DNA of 64,000 nucleotides, from the NCBI RefSeq assembly GCF_030013205.1, contig NZ_CP122648.1; one strand, written 5' to 3'. Positions 1 through 13,791 of the stretch are shown here, in pieces; position 1 is the stretch's first letter; the number at the start of each line of letters is the position of its first letter. Made by a program: the position numbers and the translations under genes. The notes beneath the pieces are model-generated. The model had not been told where the DNA came from and did no database searches. It was given only the letters and a program-made list of their open reading frames with translations. Source of the DNA: Escherichia coli. Its GTDB lineage: Bacteria; Pseudomonadota; Gammaproteobacteria; Enterobacterales; Enterobacteriaceae.

Positions 1-1
1 A

Positions 2-1417
<1,416 letters not shown>

Positions 1418-1425
1418 CAGAAAAG

Positions 1426-1498
1426 AAAAAGGCCACTCGTGAGTGGCCAAAATTTCATCTCTGAATTCAGGGATGATGATAACAAATGCGCGTCTTTC
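1426..1498 (-). ncRNA. micA: MicA (SraD) small RNA, antisense regulator of ompA/phoPQ mRNAs
   Basis: Minus-strand sequence reads GAAAGACGCGCATTTGTTATCATCATCCCTGAATTCAGAGATGAAATTTTGGCCACTCACGAGTGGCCTTTTT, which I recognise as MicA; sits in the gshA-luxS intergenic region with a terminal hairpin plus U-tract. Confidence 0.8.
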
Positions 1499-1566
1499 AT
1501 ATACTCAGACTCGCATGGGAAGAAAGAGTTCAGAAAATTTTTAAAAAAATTACCGGAGGTGGCTAA

Positions 1567-2082
1567 ATGCCGTTGTTAGATAGCTTCACAGTCGATCATA
1601 CCCGGATGGAAGCGCCTGCAGTTCGGGTGGCGAAAACAATGAACACCCCGCATGGCGACGCAATCACCGTGTTCGATCTGCGCTTCTGCGTGCCGAACAA
1701 AGAAGTGATGCCAGAAAGAGGGATCCATACCCTGGAGCACCTGTTTGCTGGTTTTATGCGTAACCATCTTAACGGTAATGGTGTAGAGATTATCGATATC
1801 TCGCCAATGGGCTGCCGCACCGGTTTTTATATGAGTCTGATTGGTACGCCAGATGAGCAGCGTGTTGCTGATGCCTGGAAAGCGGCAATGGAAGACGTGC
1901 TGAAAGTGCAGGATCAGAATCAGATCCCGGAACTGAACGTCTACCAGTGTGGCACTTACCAGATGCACTCGTTGCAGGAAGCGCAGGATATTGCGCGTAG
2001 CATTCTGGAACGTGACGTGCGCATCAACAGCAACGAAGAACTGGCGCTGCCGAAAGAGAAGTTGCAGGAACTGCACATCTAG
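1567..2082 (+). CDS. luxS: S-ribosylhomocysteine lyase (autoinducer-2 synthase)
   Basis: 171 aa ORF with the LuxS metal-binding HTLEH motif; conserved position next to gshA. Confidence 0.97.
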
Positions 2083-2139
2083 TCAGTAAACTATCTTCAC
2101 AATTAATTGAAAAAAGCCAGTTCAAATGAACTGGCTTAG

Positions 2140-2822
2140 TTGTGCACAGAAAACCCCCAGCTAGGCTGGGGGTTCCGGAAAGCTTTCAGCTTTGAGCCAG
2201 TTATTAAAACCCCTTTTGATTTGTTAAAACACCTTGCGGTCTGGCAACTGCAAGTGTCAAACAAGAAATCAAAAGGGGGTCCCAATGGGGAACGAAAAGA
2301 GCTTAGCGCACACCCGATGGAACTGTAAATATCACATAGTTTTTGCGCCAAAATACCGAAGACAAGTGTTCTACAGAGAGAAGCGTAGAGCAATAGGCAG
2401 TATTTTGAGAAAGCTGTGTGAGTGGAAAAGCGTACGGATTCTGGAAGCTGAATGCTGTGCAGATCATATCCATATGCTTGTGGAGATCCCGCCCAAAATG
2501 AGCGTATCCGGCTTTATGGGATATCTGAAAGGGAAAAGCAGTCTGATGCTTTACGAGCAGTTTGGTGATTTGAAATTCAAATACAGGAACAGAGAGTTCT
2601 GGTGCAGAGGGTACTACGTCGATACGGTGGGTAAGAACACGGCGAAGATACAGGATTACATAAAGCACCAGCTTGAAGAGGATAAAATGGGAGAGCAGTT
2701 ATCGATTCCCTATCCGGGCAGCCCGTTTACGGGCCGTAAGTAACGAAGTTGGATGCAAATGTCAGATCGTGTGCGCCTGTTAGGGCGCGGCTGGTAAGAG
2801 AGCCTTATAGGCGCATTTGAAA
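2140..2822 (+). mobile_element. IS200-family insertion sequence (boundaries approximate)
   Basis: Left-end hairpin AAACCCCCAGCTAGGCTGGGGGTT, then a second stem-loop (CCCCTTTTGATTT…AAATCAAAAGGGGG) that sequesters the RBS, then an IS200 tnpA; lies between luxS and emrB, where I recall no IS in K-12. Confidence 0.7.
2285..2743 (+). CDS. tnpA: IS200/IS605-family Y1 transposase TnpA
   Basis: 152 aa from MGNEKSLAHTRWNCKYHIVFAPKYRR… with the HIHMLVEIPP HuH motif; near-identical to remembered IS200 TnpA. Confidence 0.9.
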   Translation: MGNEKSLAHTRWNCKYHIVFAPKYRRQVFYREKRRAIGSILRKLCEWKSVRILEAECCADHIHMLVEIPPKMSVSGFMGYLKGKSSLMLYEQFGDLKFKYRNREFWCRGYYVDTVGKNTAKIQDYIKHQLEEDKMGEQLSIPYPGSPFTGRK

Positions 2823-2848
2823 AACCTCCGGCTATGCCGGAGGATATT
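2822..2848 (-). terminator. Putative rho-independent terminator downstream of emrB
   Basis: Minus-strand hairpin CCTCCGGCATAGCCGGAGG followed by a T-run immediately after the emrB stop. Confidence 0.5.
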
Positions 2849-2857
2849 TATTTGTAC

Positions 2858-4396
2858 TTAGTGCGCACCACCTCCGCCGCCACCTGCGCCAAATGGCGGT
2901 TTAGCAAACCACACCAGCCCCAGCAAGACGAGGAATATCCCGGCTGACATCCAGAAGATCTCATTGGCGGAAATAATCAGCCCCTGATTGGTGATCTGCT
3001 GGGCAATCCAGCCTGATGCCTGCTGTTGCGTCATTCCCAGTCCTTCCAGTTGACTGTACATCGCCTGGGCATTCGGGTTGAACGGGTTTACCGACTCGGT
3101 TAACTGTGCGTGGTGCATCGACTCGCGGTTGGTCCACATGGTAGTGGTGATGGATGTGCCGATAGACCCCGCCAGCGTACGCGTAAAGTTGGAGAGGCTC
3201 GATGCCGCCGCCAGTCGTTCCGGTGGCAAACCAGACAGCGTAATGGTGGTCAGCGGCATAAAGAAGCAGGCCACTGCGAAGCCCTGGATAAACTGCGGCC
3301 AGGCCGACGCACCAAAATCCATACCAGGTTCAAAGGTATAGGCACGCCAGTAAAAGCAGACGGCATACATAATAAAGCTGAAGGTTACCAGCCGCCGCAT
3401 ATCCAGTTTATGCGCGAAGCGGCCGATAATCGGCGACAGGATCACCGGAATAATCCCTACCGGCGCAGAGGCCAAACCTGCCCACGTTGCCGTGTAACCG
3501 TAGACCTCCTGCAACAACTGCGGCAGCAGAACAATCGCGCCGAAGTAGAGCATATACGCGAGGCTGATACACAAGCAGCCGATGGTGAAGTTGCGCGACT
3601 TAAACAACGACAGATCGACTATCGGGTTATCGTCGGTCAGCTCCCAGACAATCAGGAAGCAGATAGCCACCACTGCCACCACGGTAAGGATGATAATTTC
3701 CTGTGATGAAAACCAGTCCAGCTCTTTACCGCGGTCGAGCATAATCTGCAGGCTACCGATACCAATAACCAGCAGTGCCAGCCCCACGGCATCAATCCGC
3801 CGCCGTTCGGTGCGGGTTTCACGTCCGCGCAGGGTTTGCAGTGTCATCAACACCACCGCCACGCCAATCGGTACGTTGATGAAGAATATCCAGCCCCAGT
3901 GGTAATTGTCACTGATATACCCGCCGAGGATCGGGCCGCAAATTGGCGCGACAATCACCGTCATCGACCATAACGCCAGCGCGATCGAGCGTTTGGCTGG
4001 CGGGTAGTTATTCAGCAATAGACTTTGCGAAAGCGGAATTAACGGCCCGGCGACAATCCCCTGAATCACGCGGAAGAAGATCAGCATATTCAGGCTGCTG
4101 GAGACACCACACGCCCACGACGCAATAGCAAAGGCGATGGTGGACCAGAGGAACAGTTTCACTTCCCCGACGCGCTTTGCCAGCCAGCCGGTAAGCGGGA
4201 TCGAGATGGCATTCGCCACCCCGAAAGAAGTGATTACCCACGTTCCCTGGCTGAGCGATGAGCCCAGATTCCCGGCGATAGTGGGGATCGCCACGTTAGC
4301 AATGGTGGAGTCCAGCACCTGCATGAATGTCGCCAGTGACAGCGCAATCGTCATAATGACCAGTTGCGCGCCTTCCAGCGGTTTTTGCTGTTGCAT
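2858..4396 (-). CDS. emrB: Multidrug efflux MFS transporter EmrB
   Basis: 512 aa from MQQQKPLEGAQLVIMTIALSLATF…, 14-TMS MFS; ORF track extends 3 codons upstream. Confidence 0.95.
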   Translation of the reverse strand: MQQQKPLEGAQLVIMTIALSLATFMQVLDSTIANVAIPTIAGNLGSSLSQGTWVITSFGVANAISIPLTGWLAKRVGEVKLFLWSTIAFAIASWACGVSSSLNMLIFFRVIQGIVAGPLIPLSQSLLLNNYPPAKRSIALALWSMTVIVAPICGPILGGYISDNYHWGWIFFINVPIGVAVVLMTLQTLRGRETRTERRRIDAVGLALLVIGIGSLQIMLDRGKELDWFSSQEIIILTVVAVVAICFLIVWELTDDNPIVDLSLFKSRNFTIGCLCISLAYMLYFGAIVLLPQLLQEVYGYTATWAGLASAPVGIIPVILSPIIGRFAHKLDMRRLVTFSFIMYAVCFYWRAYTFEPGMDFGASAWPQFIQGFAVACFFMPLTTITLSGLPPERLAAASSLSNFTRTLAGSIGTSITTTMWTNRESMHHAQLTESVNPFNPNAQAMYSQLEGLGMTQQQASGWIAQQITNQGLIISANEIFWMSAGIFLVLLGLVWFAKPPFGAGGGGGGAH

Positions 4397-4412
4397 CACA
4401 CGCACCTCTGGA

Positions 4413-5585
4413 TTAGCCAGCGTTAGCTTTTACGATATCGTCGATCAGTTTATTGACAGGTGCCAGGCTGATTTCACGCGCGGTGCTTACCGCTACCGGT
4501 GTGGAACGTACTTTATTTGCCAGTACCTGACCGTCACGGTTAGTGGTATTGACGCTCACCAGCGTGGACAAACCGATACGCAGCGGGTATTGCTCGAGCT
4601 GTTTCTGGTCCAGTTCAATACGAACAGGCAGACGCTGAACGACTTTGATCCAGTTACCGGTCGCATTTTGCGCCGGAAGCAGTGAGAACGCGCTACCTGT
4701 GCCCATATCCAGACCAACCACTTTACCGGTGTATTTCACATCATCGCCGTAAATATCCGTGGTGATAGTGACCGGCTGACCGATACGCATATTGGCAATC
4801 TGCGTCTCTTTAAAGTTGGCATCCACCCACATATTGGTGGCTGGAACGACCGCCATCAGCGGCGTCGTTGGGCTAATTTGTGCCCCAGGCTGTACCGCGC
4901 GGCGGGAGACATAACCGGTCATCGGACTGACAATACGAGTACGCTCCAGCGCCAGCCAGGCGTTACGTACTTCGGTGGCAGCCTGTTGCACGGCAGGCTG
5001 ATCTTCCAGTTTAGTCCCCAGAATCATCGCCTGATTGGCATTGTATTGTTGAATAGCGACGTCCAGTTGTGCCTGGGCACTGGTGACGGCGTCGCGGGCG
5101 TGTTGCAGCTCTTCGCGACCAATCAGGTTGGCATTGCCCAGCGGCACACGGCGGTTGTAGTCGCTTTGTGCTTTCGCGAGGGCGATTTTTTGCACCTCAA
5201 TATTCGCCTGCAACTGTTTGCTGTTAATCATCAGCTGGTGGGTTTGGCGAACGCTTGAAGCCAGTGCAGTTTTGGCTTTTTCAAACGCCTGGCGAGCATC
5301 TGTCGGGTCGAGAGTGACCAGCACGTCGCCTTCTTTTACAAAATCGGTGTTATCGGCCCAGACTTTCGTCACGCTGCCAGACACCTGAGACATAATTTGA
5401 ATCTGATTCCCTGCCACGTATGCGTCATCGGTTTCTTCGAAATGACGCAGTACTAAAAACCAATAAATCCCTATCGCTACGGCAATAATTATAAAGAGCA
5501 AGGTGAGAAGGAGGAGCAGACGCTTACGTTTGCCGCTCTTCTTTACCGGTTGCTGCGGGGTTTGAGTCTCCGCATTTGCGCTCAT
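4413..5585 (-). CDS. emrA: Multidrug efflux membrane fusion protein EmrA
   Basis: 390 aa from MSANAETQTPQQPVKKSGKRKR…; HlyD-like periplasmic adaptor; conserved emrRAB order. Confidence 0.95.
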   Translation of the reverse strand: MSANAETQTPQQPVKKSGKRKRLLLLLTLLFIIIAVAIGIYWFLVLRHFEETDDAYVAGNQIQIMSQVSGSVTKVWADNTDFVKEGDVLVTLDPTDARQAFEKAKTALASSVRQTHQLMINSKQLQANIEVQKIALAKAQSDYNRRVPLGNANLIGREELQHARDAVTSAQAQLDVAIQQYNANQAMILGTKLEDQPAVQQAATEVRNAWLALERTRIVSPMTGYVSRRAVQPGAQISPTTPLMAVVPATNMWVDANFKETQIANMRIGQPVTITTDIYGDDVKYTGKVVGLDMGTGSAFSLLPAQNATGNWIKVVQRLPVRIELDQKQLEQYPLRIGLSTLVSVNTTNRDGQVLANKVRSTPVAVSTAREISLAPVNKLIDDIVKANAG

Positions 5586-5712
5586 ATTGTTCTCCACGAT
5601 CTTCTTAACTCATCGGCTGAGCCGACCTGCTTGCCAAAAAAGGCCAGCATGTTGCGATGCTGGCCAGTCATTTTTTCTTTTATAAATCTGGATTTTTGAG
5701 CGAGATGACGCG

Positions 5713-6243
5713 TTAGCTCATCGCTTCGAGAACCACACCGTCTTGTTCCATCTGGTCGAGACGGGAGAGCAATTTGCGGGTGATTTGCTCGAGCTGATCT
5801 TTTTCTGTTGTGCTGAGCGCGGACCAGAGTTGATGCAGGCAGTTATGCTGCGGTGGTAAAACCTCGCGCAAAAACTCGTGACCTTTTTCCGTTAATTGCA
5901 GATGCAGGCAGCGGCGATCGTTATCGCTTTCACGACGTTCGATCCAACCGCGTTTTTCCAGTTCATCGGCAATACGCGTCGCGTTGGTACGGGATGATCC
6001 AAGAGCACAACTCAATTCAGAAGGCTGAATACTGTGGTTTTCCTGAGACTCCAGCGTAATCAACGCCATAAACAACGTCTCGTTAATCCCCTGAGCCTTC
6101 AGCATTTTATTGCGGTTCTCCAGCAGCTTGCTTTGCATGTGCATGCAAAGACGAGTCAGAAGGATCTCCTGATAAGGAAAATCTTCGTGGCGGCTGGCGC
6201 GAAATTTTAGCATTTGTTCAATGGGCGTAAACGAACTATCCAT
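5713..6243 (-). CDS. mprA: MarR-family repressor of emrAB (EmrR/MprA)
   Basis: 176 aa, MarR winged helix; sequence matches remembered MprA. Confidence 0.95.
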
Positions 6244-6333
6244 TTGGGTATGACCTCATTAATTTCAGCCGATATAGTAACGACAGTGACAAATAAAGTA
6301 AATGTATTGTTTTAGAAAAATGATTCTTGTGGG

Positions 6334-6669
6334 TTATATAATCGCCATCACTTTCCAGGCGAGCCCGTAGGCCAGCGCACTAAGCAGTGTTGGGATGATA
6401 ATGCTGCGTGTTTTATAGAAACTGGCACCCAGTACCGCGAAGCCGACCAGCGTGGGCACGAAACGGCGTGTATCGTGCATCACTTCTGGTGCGGTAGAGA
6501 CAACCAGCAGAGCGCATATCGAGGCGATGCCAATGGTGTCGAGCAAAATACCTACCGCGCCACGTTTGGTTGGGCGGGCATTACCCACACGCAGGCGCAG
6601 CGGCAAATAGCGGAAGCAATAATTCGCCGCGCCAACCAGTAACCCAAGCAGCAGAACCTCATAGCTCAT
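6334..6669 (-). CDS. ygaH: L-valine exporter small subunit (AzlD family)
   Basis: 111 aa hydrophobic protein; overlaps ygaZ stop; conserved synteny. Confidence 0.9.
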   Translation of the reverse strand: MSYEVLLLGLLVGAANYCFRYLPLRLRVGNARPTKRGAVGILLDTIGIASICALLVVSTAPEVMHDTRRFVPTLVGFAVLGASFYKTRSIIIPTLLSALAYGLAWKVMAII

Positions 6670-7396
6670 CGGGCGCTCCTTGCCAGAATGCCTGGATTAA
6701 CGCAGTGAGGCAGCCACAGACAATGCCTGCCAGAATGGCGACGGGAATAGAAAATAGCGTTACGCCTGCAAGGGCACCAACTAACGCTGCGGTAACGCAA
6801 AGAGATTGTTTGCGCTGGAAAGAGGCGAGCAGGAAACTCATAAAGAGTGCCGGAAGCATAAAACCTAATGCTGCTTCAACGGCGGGATATCCTTGCAGCA
6901 AGCCGCTGCCGGAGAATGCCCCTATTACCGTACCAAATACCCACGATGACCATGAACTGAAGGCAATGCCGATCATCCAGTTCTCGCTCCAGCGGCGATT
7001 ATTGCGTACCAGTTTTGCGGTTGCGGCGGCAAAAACCTCATCCGTCAGGCCAAATGCCCACAGGGCGGTTTTCGATTTTTGCAGACGCTGAATAATACGG
7101 CTACGCAGTGACGGGCCATACAAAACATGGCGAACATCCATTGCCATGACGGTCAGTGCAGCAACCCACAAACTACTCCCGGCTGCCAGCATCGCGGTAA
7201 TGACGAACTGGCTCGCGCCTGCATAAATGATGCAGGAGAAAAAAACGCTTTCGAGAGGAGAGAATCCCAGACGGGTCGCATTCAGACCGAACGCAAAGGC
7301 CACCGGAATATAACTAATAACAATCGGTAAACTGTCTTTGCATCCTTCCATGAAGGTCGCCGAACCAGGAGCAGGCTGTGGAGTAGGGCTTTCCAT
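6659..7396 (-). CDS. ygaZ: L-valine exporter large subunit (AzlC family)
   Basis: 245 aa polytopic membrane protein; conserved synteny with ygaH. Confidence 0.9.
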   Translation of the reverse strand: MESPTPQPAPGSATFMEGCKDSLPIVISYIPVAFAFGLNATRLGFSPLESVFFSCIIYAGASQFVITAMLAAGSSLWVAALTVMAMDVRHVLYGPSLRSRIIQRLQKSKTALWAFGLTDEVFAAATAKLVRNNRRWSENWMIGIAFSSWSSWVFGTVIGAFSGSGLLQGYPAVEAALGFMLPALFMSFLLASFQRKQSLCVTAALVGALAGVTLFSIPVAILAGIVCGCLTALIQAFWQGAPDEL

Positions 7397-7519
7397 AGAG
7401 TGTACGCTTAACGATTGTTAATATTATAAATAGACTGAATGAATATCTTAACCTTATCAGACTGATGGGCTTCTTAACACCCTTATAAGTGTAAAGCCAC
7501 GAAAACGGTTGCTGATTGC

Positions 7520-8704
7520 TTAATTTGCGGCTTCCTGACGATGAAAACCTCGCCACCAGACCAGTAAGTTAACCAGGGCAATCGTCGCGCCAGCCAGACA
7601 AACGCCAGCCCAACCGCCATGTTGCCAGGCTGAGGCTGAAATTAGCGAACCGGCGGCACCGCCAATAAAGTAGCTGGTCATGTAACCTGCGGTCAGGCGA
7701 TTACGCGCATCAGGATGTATTCGATAAATTACCGTCTGGTTAGTGATATGCACGCCCTGCACGGTGAGGTCCAGCACCAGGATGCCGATAATCAGCGCCA
7801 GTACGGAAGTGTGACCAAACCAGATTGCCAGCCATGAAAGTAACAGCAGAAGCAGACCGAAAGTTGTTGTGTGGTGCGATTTGCCCTTGTCGGCAAAACC
7901 GCCCGCCGGACGAGCGCCCAACGCTCCGGCAGCTCCCGCAAGTCCAAACAGACCAATTACACCATCGCTGTAGTTAAAAGGTGGAGCGGCAAGCAAAAAG
8001 GCCATTGAGGTCCAGAGAATGCTGAAGTTGGCAAAGGTCAGGCAGCCCAGCAACGCGCGGGTGCGCAGAATTTTATCGCTGATAAACATGCTGAAAACGG
8101 AACCAAGCAACTGTGGGTAGTTGAGGTGGGTTTCTGATTTCATTTGTGGCAGACCACGCCATAATGCCAGCGCCATCAGTGCCATTAACACCGAGGCAAC
8201 CCAAAAGACGGTGCGCCAGCCGCCGAGGTTTGCCAGCAACCCGGCAACGGTTCGTGCCAGCAAGATCCCCAACAGCAGCCCGCTCATAATGGTGCCGACC
8301 ACTTTGCCGCGTTTGTCTGGTGAAGCCAGCGTCGCTGCCAGCGGAACCAGAATTTGTGCCACGACCGAGAATAAACCGGTCAATGCCGTACCGAGGATCA
8401 TCATCGCCAGCGACTGACTGCTGGCAGTAATTAACATGCCGCCTGCCGCCAGTAAGGTCATCGAGACAATCAGGCGGCGACGTTCAAACATATCACCGAG
8501 GGGAACAAGAAACAGCAGACCTGCGGCATAGCCCAACTGTGCGGCGGTAACAATAAAGCCTGCCGAACTGGCGGAAAGGGAAAAGTTACGCGCGATGGTG
8601 TCGAGCAATGGCTGGGCGTAATAGTTACTGGCTACCGCCAGACCGGTGGCGATAGACATCAGCACGATCAGCGCCGGGCTAAGCTCATGATTAGGTTTAG
8701 TCAT
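7520..8704 (-). CDS. ygaY: MFS transporter YgaY (intact here)
   Basis: 394 aa 12-TMS MFS-type ORF between ygaZ and proX. Confidence 0.8.
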   Translation of the reverse strand: MTKPNHELSPALIVLMSIATGLAVASNYYAQPLLDTIARNFSLSASSAGFIVTAAQLGYAAGLLFLVPLGDMFERRRLIVSMTLLAAGGMLITASSQSLAMMILGTALTGLFSVVAQILVPLAATLASPDKRGKVVGTIMSGLLLGILLARTVAGLLANLGGWRTVFWVASVLMALMALALWRGLPQMKSETHLNYPQLLGSVFSMFISDKILRTRALLGCLTFANFSILWTSMAFLLAAPPFNYSDGVIGLFGLAGAAGALGARPAGGFADKGKSHHTTTFGLLLLLLSWLAIWFGHTSVLALIIGILVLDLTVQGVHITNQTVIYRIHPDARNRLTAGYMTSYFIGGAAGSLISASAWQHGGWAGVCLAGATIALVNLLVWWRGFHRQEAAN

Positions 8705-9156
8705 TATTTTTGTTCATCAGGTGATGATTAAGCTGGAAATCAATAATAGCGGATGTTGATGAATGTGGGGCGAAAGATAGATTGTTAAAATGTGCGGGTA
8801 ATGGGGAGAGGGTATTTGAAGGTGAAATATGCCACTAAGGCAAATGTTACGTTCACTTCCAGACTATAGCTACTTTGTCACTATTTTGCTGGTGAACGTG
8901 CCAGGGTGGCTCAGTCGCCACCACCCTGGCGACCCAGGCTTTTGGCACAAAATCGCCGCTACGCGGTACATTCGACTTATTTCTTACGGCTATCGGGTAC
9001 GGGCGCGAGGTAACATCCCTGTAAGACGCGCCCTCGCCGCGCATCCCTGCGCGTCGCCCCGGCCTTCAGAAAACGTCTCATCGATTTTCAGCCGGATTAA
9101 AACCATCGCTGCAATTGTTTTACTCACATGAGCATTATCTGCGCGGTTATCAATAT

Positions 9157-10149
9157 TTACTTCTGCGCTGCCAGCGCCTCATTCACCCAGCCATCGAACT
9201 GCTGCTGGTGGGCTTTGATCCAACCATCAACGTGGCCCTGAATATCGCCTTCTGAGGCTTTGCCTTCATGCATAATGGCGTTCTGGGCGTTAATATCTGC
9301 CACTGGCAACTGCATAATGGCAAACAGTTTGGCTGCCGCCGGATTTTTCTCGGCCCAGGCTTTGTTGGCAACGATATGCATGGTACTGACCGGGAAGCCG
9401 TAATTCGCGCCATTCGGCAGTTTGGTATCGGCATTTTTATCGCCCGGCAGTGCGGAGAACGGCACCTGCAACCAGACCACATCTTTCCCCGGTTTCAGTT
9501 CGTTACTCACCCAGTACGGCGTCCAGGTGTAGTAAAACACCGGCTTACCCTCTTTGTAACGACTGATGGTGTCAGCCATCATCGCTGCGTAGTTCCCCTG
9601 ATTATGCGTCACGGTATTGGTCAGTCCATACGCGGCAAGCTGGTGGTTGATCGCACCTTCGCAGCCCCAGCCTGGGTTACAGCCGGTTAAATCCGCTTTA
9701 CCGTCGCCGTTGGTATCGAACAGTTTGGCGATCTTCGGATCTTTAAGTTGCGCGATGTTGGTGATTTTGTACTGGTCGGCGGTTTTCTTATCGATCAGGT
9801 AACCCTGTGCCGCGCCGTTAACGAATACCCCTTCACGATAAAATTTCTTATCGCCACCGGCAGCTTCGTACATGTTGTCATGCAGCGGCGTCCAGTTCAC
9901 GGCGGTGAAGGTTGCATCGCCGGAAGCAAGCGAGGTGTAGCCAACGTTGTAATCCACTTCGCTGGGTTTATTGACGGTATAACCTAATTTCTCCAGTGCA
10001 CGACTGACCAGCAGCGTCTGGAAGGTTTCTTCAGTGATGGTGCTCTGAACTGGATTAACAGTAATGCCTTTGCCCGGCAGATCGGCAGCAAAAGTTTGTG
10101 TAGAGATAAGCGTGGCAAACGCTGTCGCAAAAAGTACGCTATGTCGCAT
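9157..10149 (-). CDS. proX: Glycine betaine/proline ABC transporter periplasmic binding protein
   Basis: 330 aa from [21 protein letters not shown] (signal peptide); ORF track extends 14 codons upstream. Confidence 0.95.
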   Translation of the reverse strand: MRHSVLFATAFATLISTQTFAADLPGKGITVNPVQSTITEETFQTLLVSRALEKLGYTVNKPSEVDYNVGYTSLASGDATFTAVNWTPLHDNMYEAAGGDKKFYREGVFVNGAAQGYLIDKKTADQYKITNIAQLKDPKIAKLFDTNGDGKADLTGCNPGWGCEGAINHQLAAYGLTNTVTHNQGNYAAMMADTISRYKEGKPVFYYTWTPYWVSNELKPGKDVVWLQVPFSALPGDKNADTKLPNGANYGFPVSTMHIVANKAWAEKNPAAAKLFAIMQLPVADINAQNAIMHEGKASEGDIQGHVDGWIKAHQQQFDGWVNEALAAQK

Positions 10150-10206
10150 TGTTATTCCTTTTTTTGGCAGGGTGATAATGCCCGGCGTCACCGGGCAAGT
10201 GCAGAG

Positions 10207-11271
10207 TTACTTAATGAATGGGCGGGTCAGCAGACCGACAGGGCCAGTGGTGTACCAGCGACGGTTGCCGCGACTGCGTGAGTCGCGCCCAACGGCCTGC
10301 GTCAGACGGTCGAGGATAATGGCGAGGATCACAATCCCGACGCCGCCAACGGTGGCAAGCCCCATATCCAGACGACCGATACCGCGAAGTACCATCTGAC
10401 CCAGCCCGCCGACGGCAATCATCGAGGCGATGACCACCATAGAAAGGGCCAGCATCAGCGTCTGGTTAACGCCCGCCATAATGGTTGGCATCGCCAGCGG
10501 TAACTGAACTTTGAACAGCATCTGGCGCGGGCTGGCACCGAATGAGCGCGAGGCTTCAATCAGATCCGCCGGAACCTGGTTAATTCCCAGAATCGTCAGA
10601 CGGATAATCGGCGGCAGCGCAAAGATGATCGTCACCACCACGCCCGGCACGTTGCCGATACCAAACAGCATGACGATTGGCACCAGATAAACAAACGCGG
10701 GCGTGGTCTGCATGGCATCAAGTAGTGGACGAATAATTTTCGCCGCTCGCGGACTTCTCGCTAGCCAGATCCCCAACGGCAAACCTATGACGATACAGAA
10801 CAGCAGGGCTGTTAACACCAGCGCCAGGGTAACCATTGCCTGTGACCAGGCACCGATTGCGCCGATGGCAATCAGCGAAACCAGCGTCGCCACGCCCATT
10901 CCGACCCCGGAAATCTGCCAGGCGATGAGAGCGAAAACGATAATCGCCACTGGCGCTGGCATACCCAGCAGCAATTGCTGGAAACCGTTGAGGATATAAT
11001 CAACCGGAACGCGCACGCCCTGGAAGACGGGACGGAAATGGGTAACGACCCAGTCGATCCCTTCAGTGACCCAACTGTCGAGCGGGATCAGCGTTTTATG
11101 GAACGGATCGAGAATATTAAAATGCTCGACGTTTGGCGCAGGCGTACTGGTCAGCCAGTCAGCACCACCGCCGTCAGTCGGTGCAGCAGCCGGTGTACCC
11201 CAGGCGTCTGCGGACTGTGCGGCACTGTCCGCCGCTGGCGTGGTATCCCACGGATTATTTTGATCAGCCAT
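10207..11271 (-). CDS. proW: Glycine betaine/proline ABC transporter permease
   Basis: 354 aa; ABC permease signature; overlaps proV. Confidence 0.95.
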   Translation of the reverse strand: MADQNNPWDTTPAADSAAQSADAWGTPAAAPTDGGGADWLTSTPAPNVEHFNILDPFHKTLIPLDSWVTEGIDWVVTHFRPVFQGVRVPVDYILNGFQQLLLGMPAPVAIIVFALIAWQISGVGMGVATLVSLIAIGAIGAWSQAMVTLALVLTALLFCIVIGLPLGIWLARSPRAAKIIRPLLDAMQTTPAFVYLVPIVMLFGIGNVPGVVVTIIFALPPIIRLTILGINQVPADLIEASRSFGASPRQMLFKVQLPLAMPTIMAGVNQTLMLALSMVVIASMIAVGGLGQMVLRGIGRLDMGLATVGGVGIVILAIILDRLTQAVGRDSRSRGNRRWYTTGPVGLLTRPFIK

Positions 11272-12466
11272 TATTTACCCCCTCACGATCTAAAGCGCGC
11301 AGCAGCATTCCTTTCGAAATGATGCCGACATACTGTTGGTCCTCATCGACCACGGGCACCGCACAGGGGGCCTGTCCGACATGAGAGAGCAACTCGCTAA
11401 GAGGCGTTTGTGCATCGACCGCTAACGGCGCATCAATCAGCGCCGCATCAAGACCTTGCTGCTGCGTTAACGCGGCTTTAAGCGAATCGATAGACACAGC
11501 GCCGACAAACTTATTACCGCGTTCGATGACGTAGCCATATTCGCGATCTTCATCCTGCAATAATTTCAGTGCCGAACGCGGGCCGAAGCCGGGGGTTTTA
11601 CGAATTAAGCCGTTCGGTGTACGACGGGCAATATCTTTCGCACTGAACACCTGGCTAATATCGACGCCACGGAAGAAGGTACGGACATAATCATTCGCCG
11701 GATTATTGAGAATTTCATCCGGTGTGCCGACCTGTACCACTTCACCATTTTGCATAATGGCAATTCGGTCGCCAATACGCATGGCTTCATCGAGATCGTG
11801 GGAAATAAAGACAATGGTGCGCTGATGTTTCGCCTGTAATTTTACCAGCTCATCCTGCATCTCGGTGCGAATTAATGGATCGAGTGCTGAGAAGGCTTCG
11901 TCCATTAATAATATATCCGGATTAATCGCTAACGCGCGGGCTAATCCCACACGTTGACGCATCCCGCCAGAGAGTTCATCCGGGTAGCTGTGGGCATAAT
12001 TTTCCAGCCCGACCTGACGCAGTGCATCAAGGGCTTTTTCCCGGCGTTCTTCGGCATTAATTCCGGCCAATTCCATACCGAATGCAGTATTGTCCAGCAC
12101 GGTCATATGCGGCATTAAGGCAAAGGACTGGAAGACCATCGCAATCTTTTTTCTGCGCACCTCACGGAGTTCGGCGTCGGATATTTTGGCAATATCCACA
12201 CCATCAATCAGCACTTGCCCGCGGGTGGGTTCAATCAGGCGATTGAGAAGGCGTACCATTGTGGATTTACCCGAACCGGATAATCCCATGATGACAAATA
12301 TCTCGCCTTCTTCAATGGCCAGACTGGCGTCTTTTACGCCAAGCGATAGCCCAGTTTTTTCCAGAATTTGTTCTTTTGAAAGTCCTTGTTCGATATATTT
12401 GAAAGCTCGCTGTGGATGCTCACCAAATATTTTATAAAGATTTTTAATTTCTAATTTAATTGCCAT
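11264..12466 (-). CDS. proV: Glycine betaine/proline ABC transporter ATPase
   Basis: 400 aa; Walker [13 protein letters not shown] signature LSGGMRQR, C-terminal CBS domains. Confidence 0.95.
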   Translation of the reverse strand: MAIKLEIKNLYKIFGEHPQRAFKYIEQGLSKEQILEKTGLSLGVKDASLAIEEGEIFVIMGLSGSGKSTMVRLLNRLIEPTRGQVLIDGVDIAKISDAELREVRRKKIAMVFQSFALMPHMTVLDNTAFGMELAGINAEERREKALDALRQVGLENYAHSYPDELSGGMRQRVGLARALAINPDILLMDEAFSALDPLIRTEMQDELVKLQAKHQRTIVFISHDLDEAMRIGDRIAIMQNGEVVQVGTPDEILNNPANDYVRTFFRGVDISQVFSAKDIARRTPNGLIRKTPGFGPRSALKLLQDEDREYGYVIERGNKFVGAVSIDSLKAALTQQQGLDAALIDAPLAVDAQTPLSELLSHVGQAPCAVPVVDEDQQYVGIISKGMLLRALDREGVNNG

Positions 12467-12822
12467 GCAATAGAAAGATTCCTGTTATTTGTTTATGTCG
12501 ATACATTACCCAATGGAAATAGTCACTTTTTTCTACCCTAACATACTGAGAATCTGAGGCAACCCCTGATGGCAAATGTGGCATGAATATTGATGTGAGC
12601 AAATCGCCGGAATTTCCCATGATATAAGGGCTGAGAGCAAATCGAGAAAAGTTGATATTTTTTGTCAAAGATAGCAAAAAAACGCCTGAATATTGTGGTT
12701 TCAGGCGAATAATGCAACAGAGTGTCAGTGTAGATCACCACAAAATATTTGCGTGATAAAAAGCTATTTGGCGGGAATTATTTCCCTGCTGCGGGTAGTG
12801 ATATTTTTGAAAAATAACACCC
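12467..12822 (-). promoter_or_regulatory. proU (proVWX) osmoregulated promoter region
   Basis: AT-rich curved DNA upstream of proV; position matches the known H-NS-silenced proU control region (individual sites not mapped). Confidence 0.5.

Positions 12823-13791
<969 letters not shown>

Noticed and set aside
3110-3706. 198-aa plus-strand ORF inside emrB (and similar antisense ORFs within gabD, gabT, nrdE, recN, ffh and others in the six-frame track)
   Set aside because: They lie entirely within and opposite to well-supported conserved genes and have Arg/Gln-rich biased composition typical of GC-rich antisense frames.
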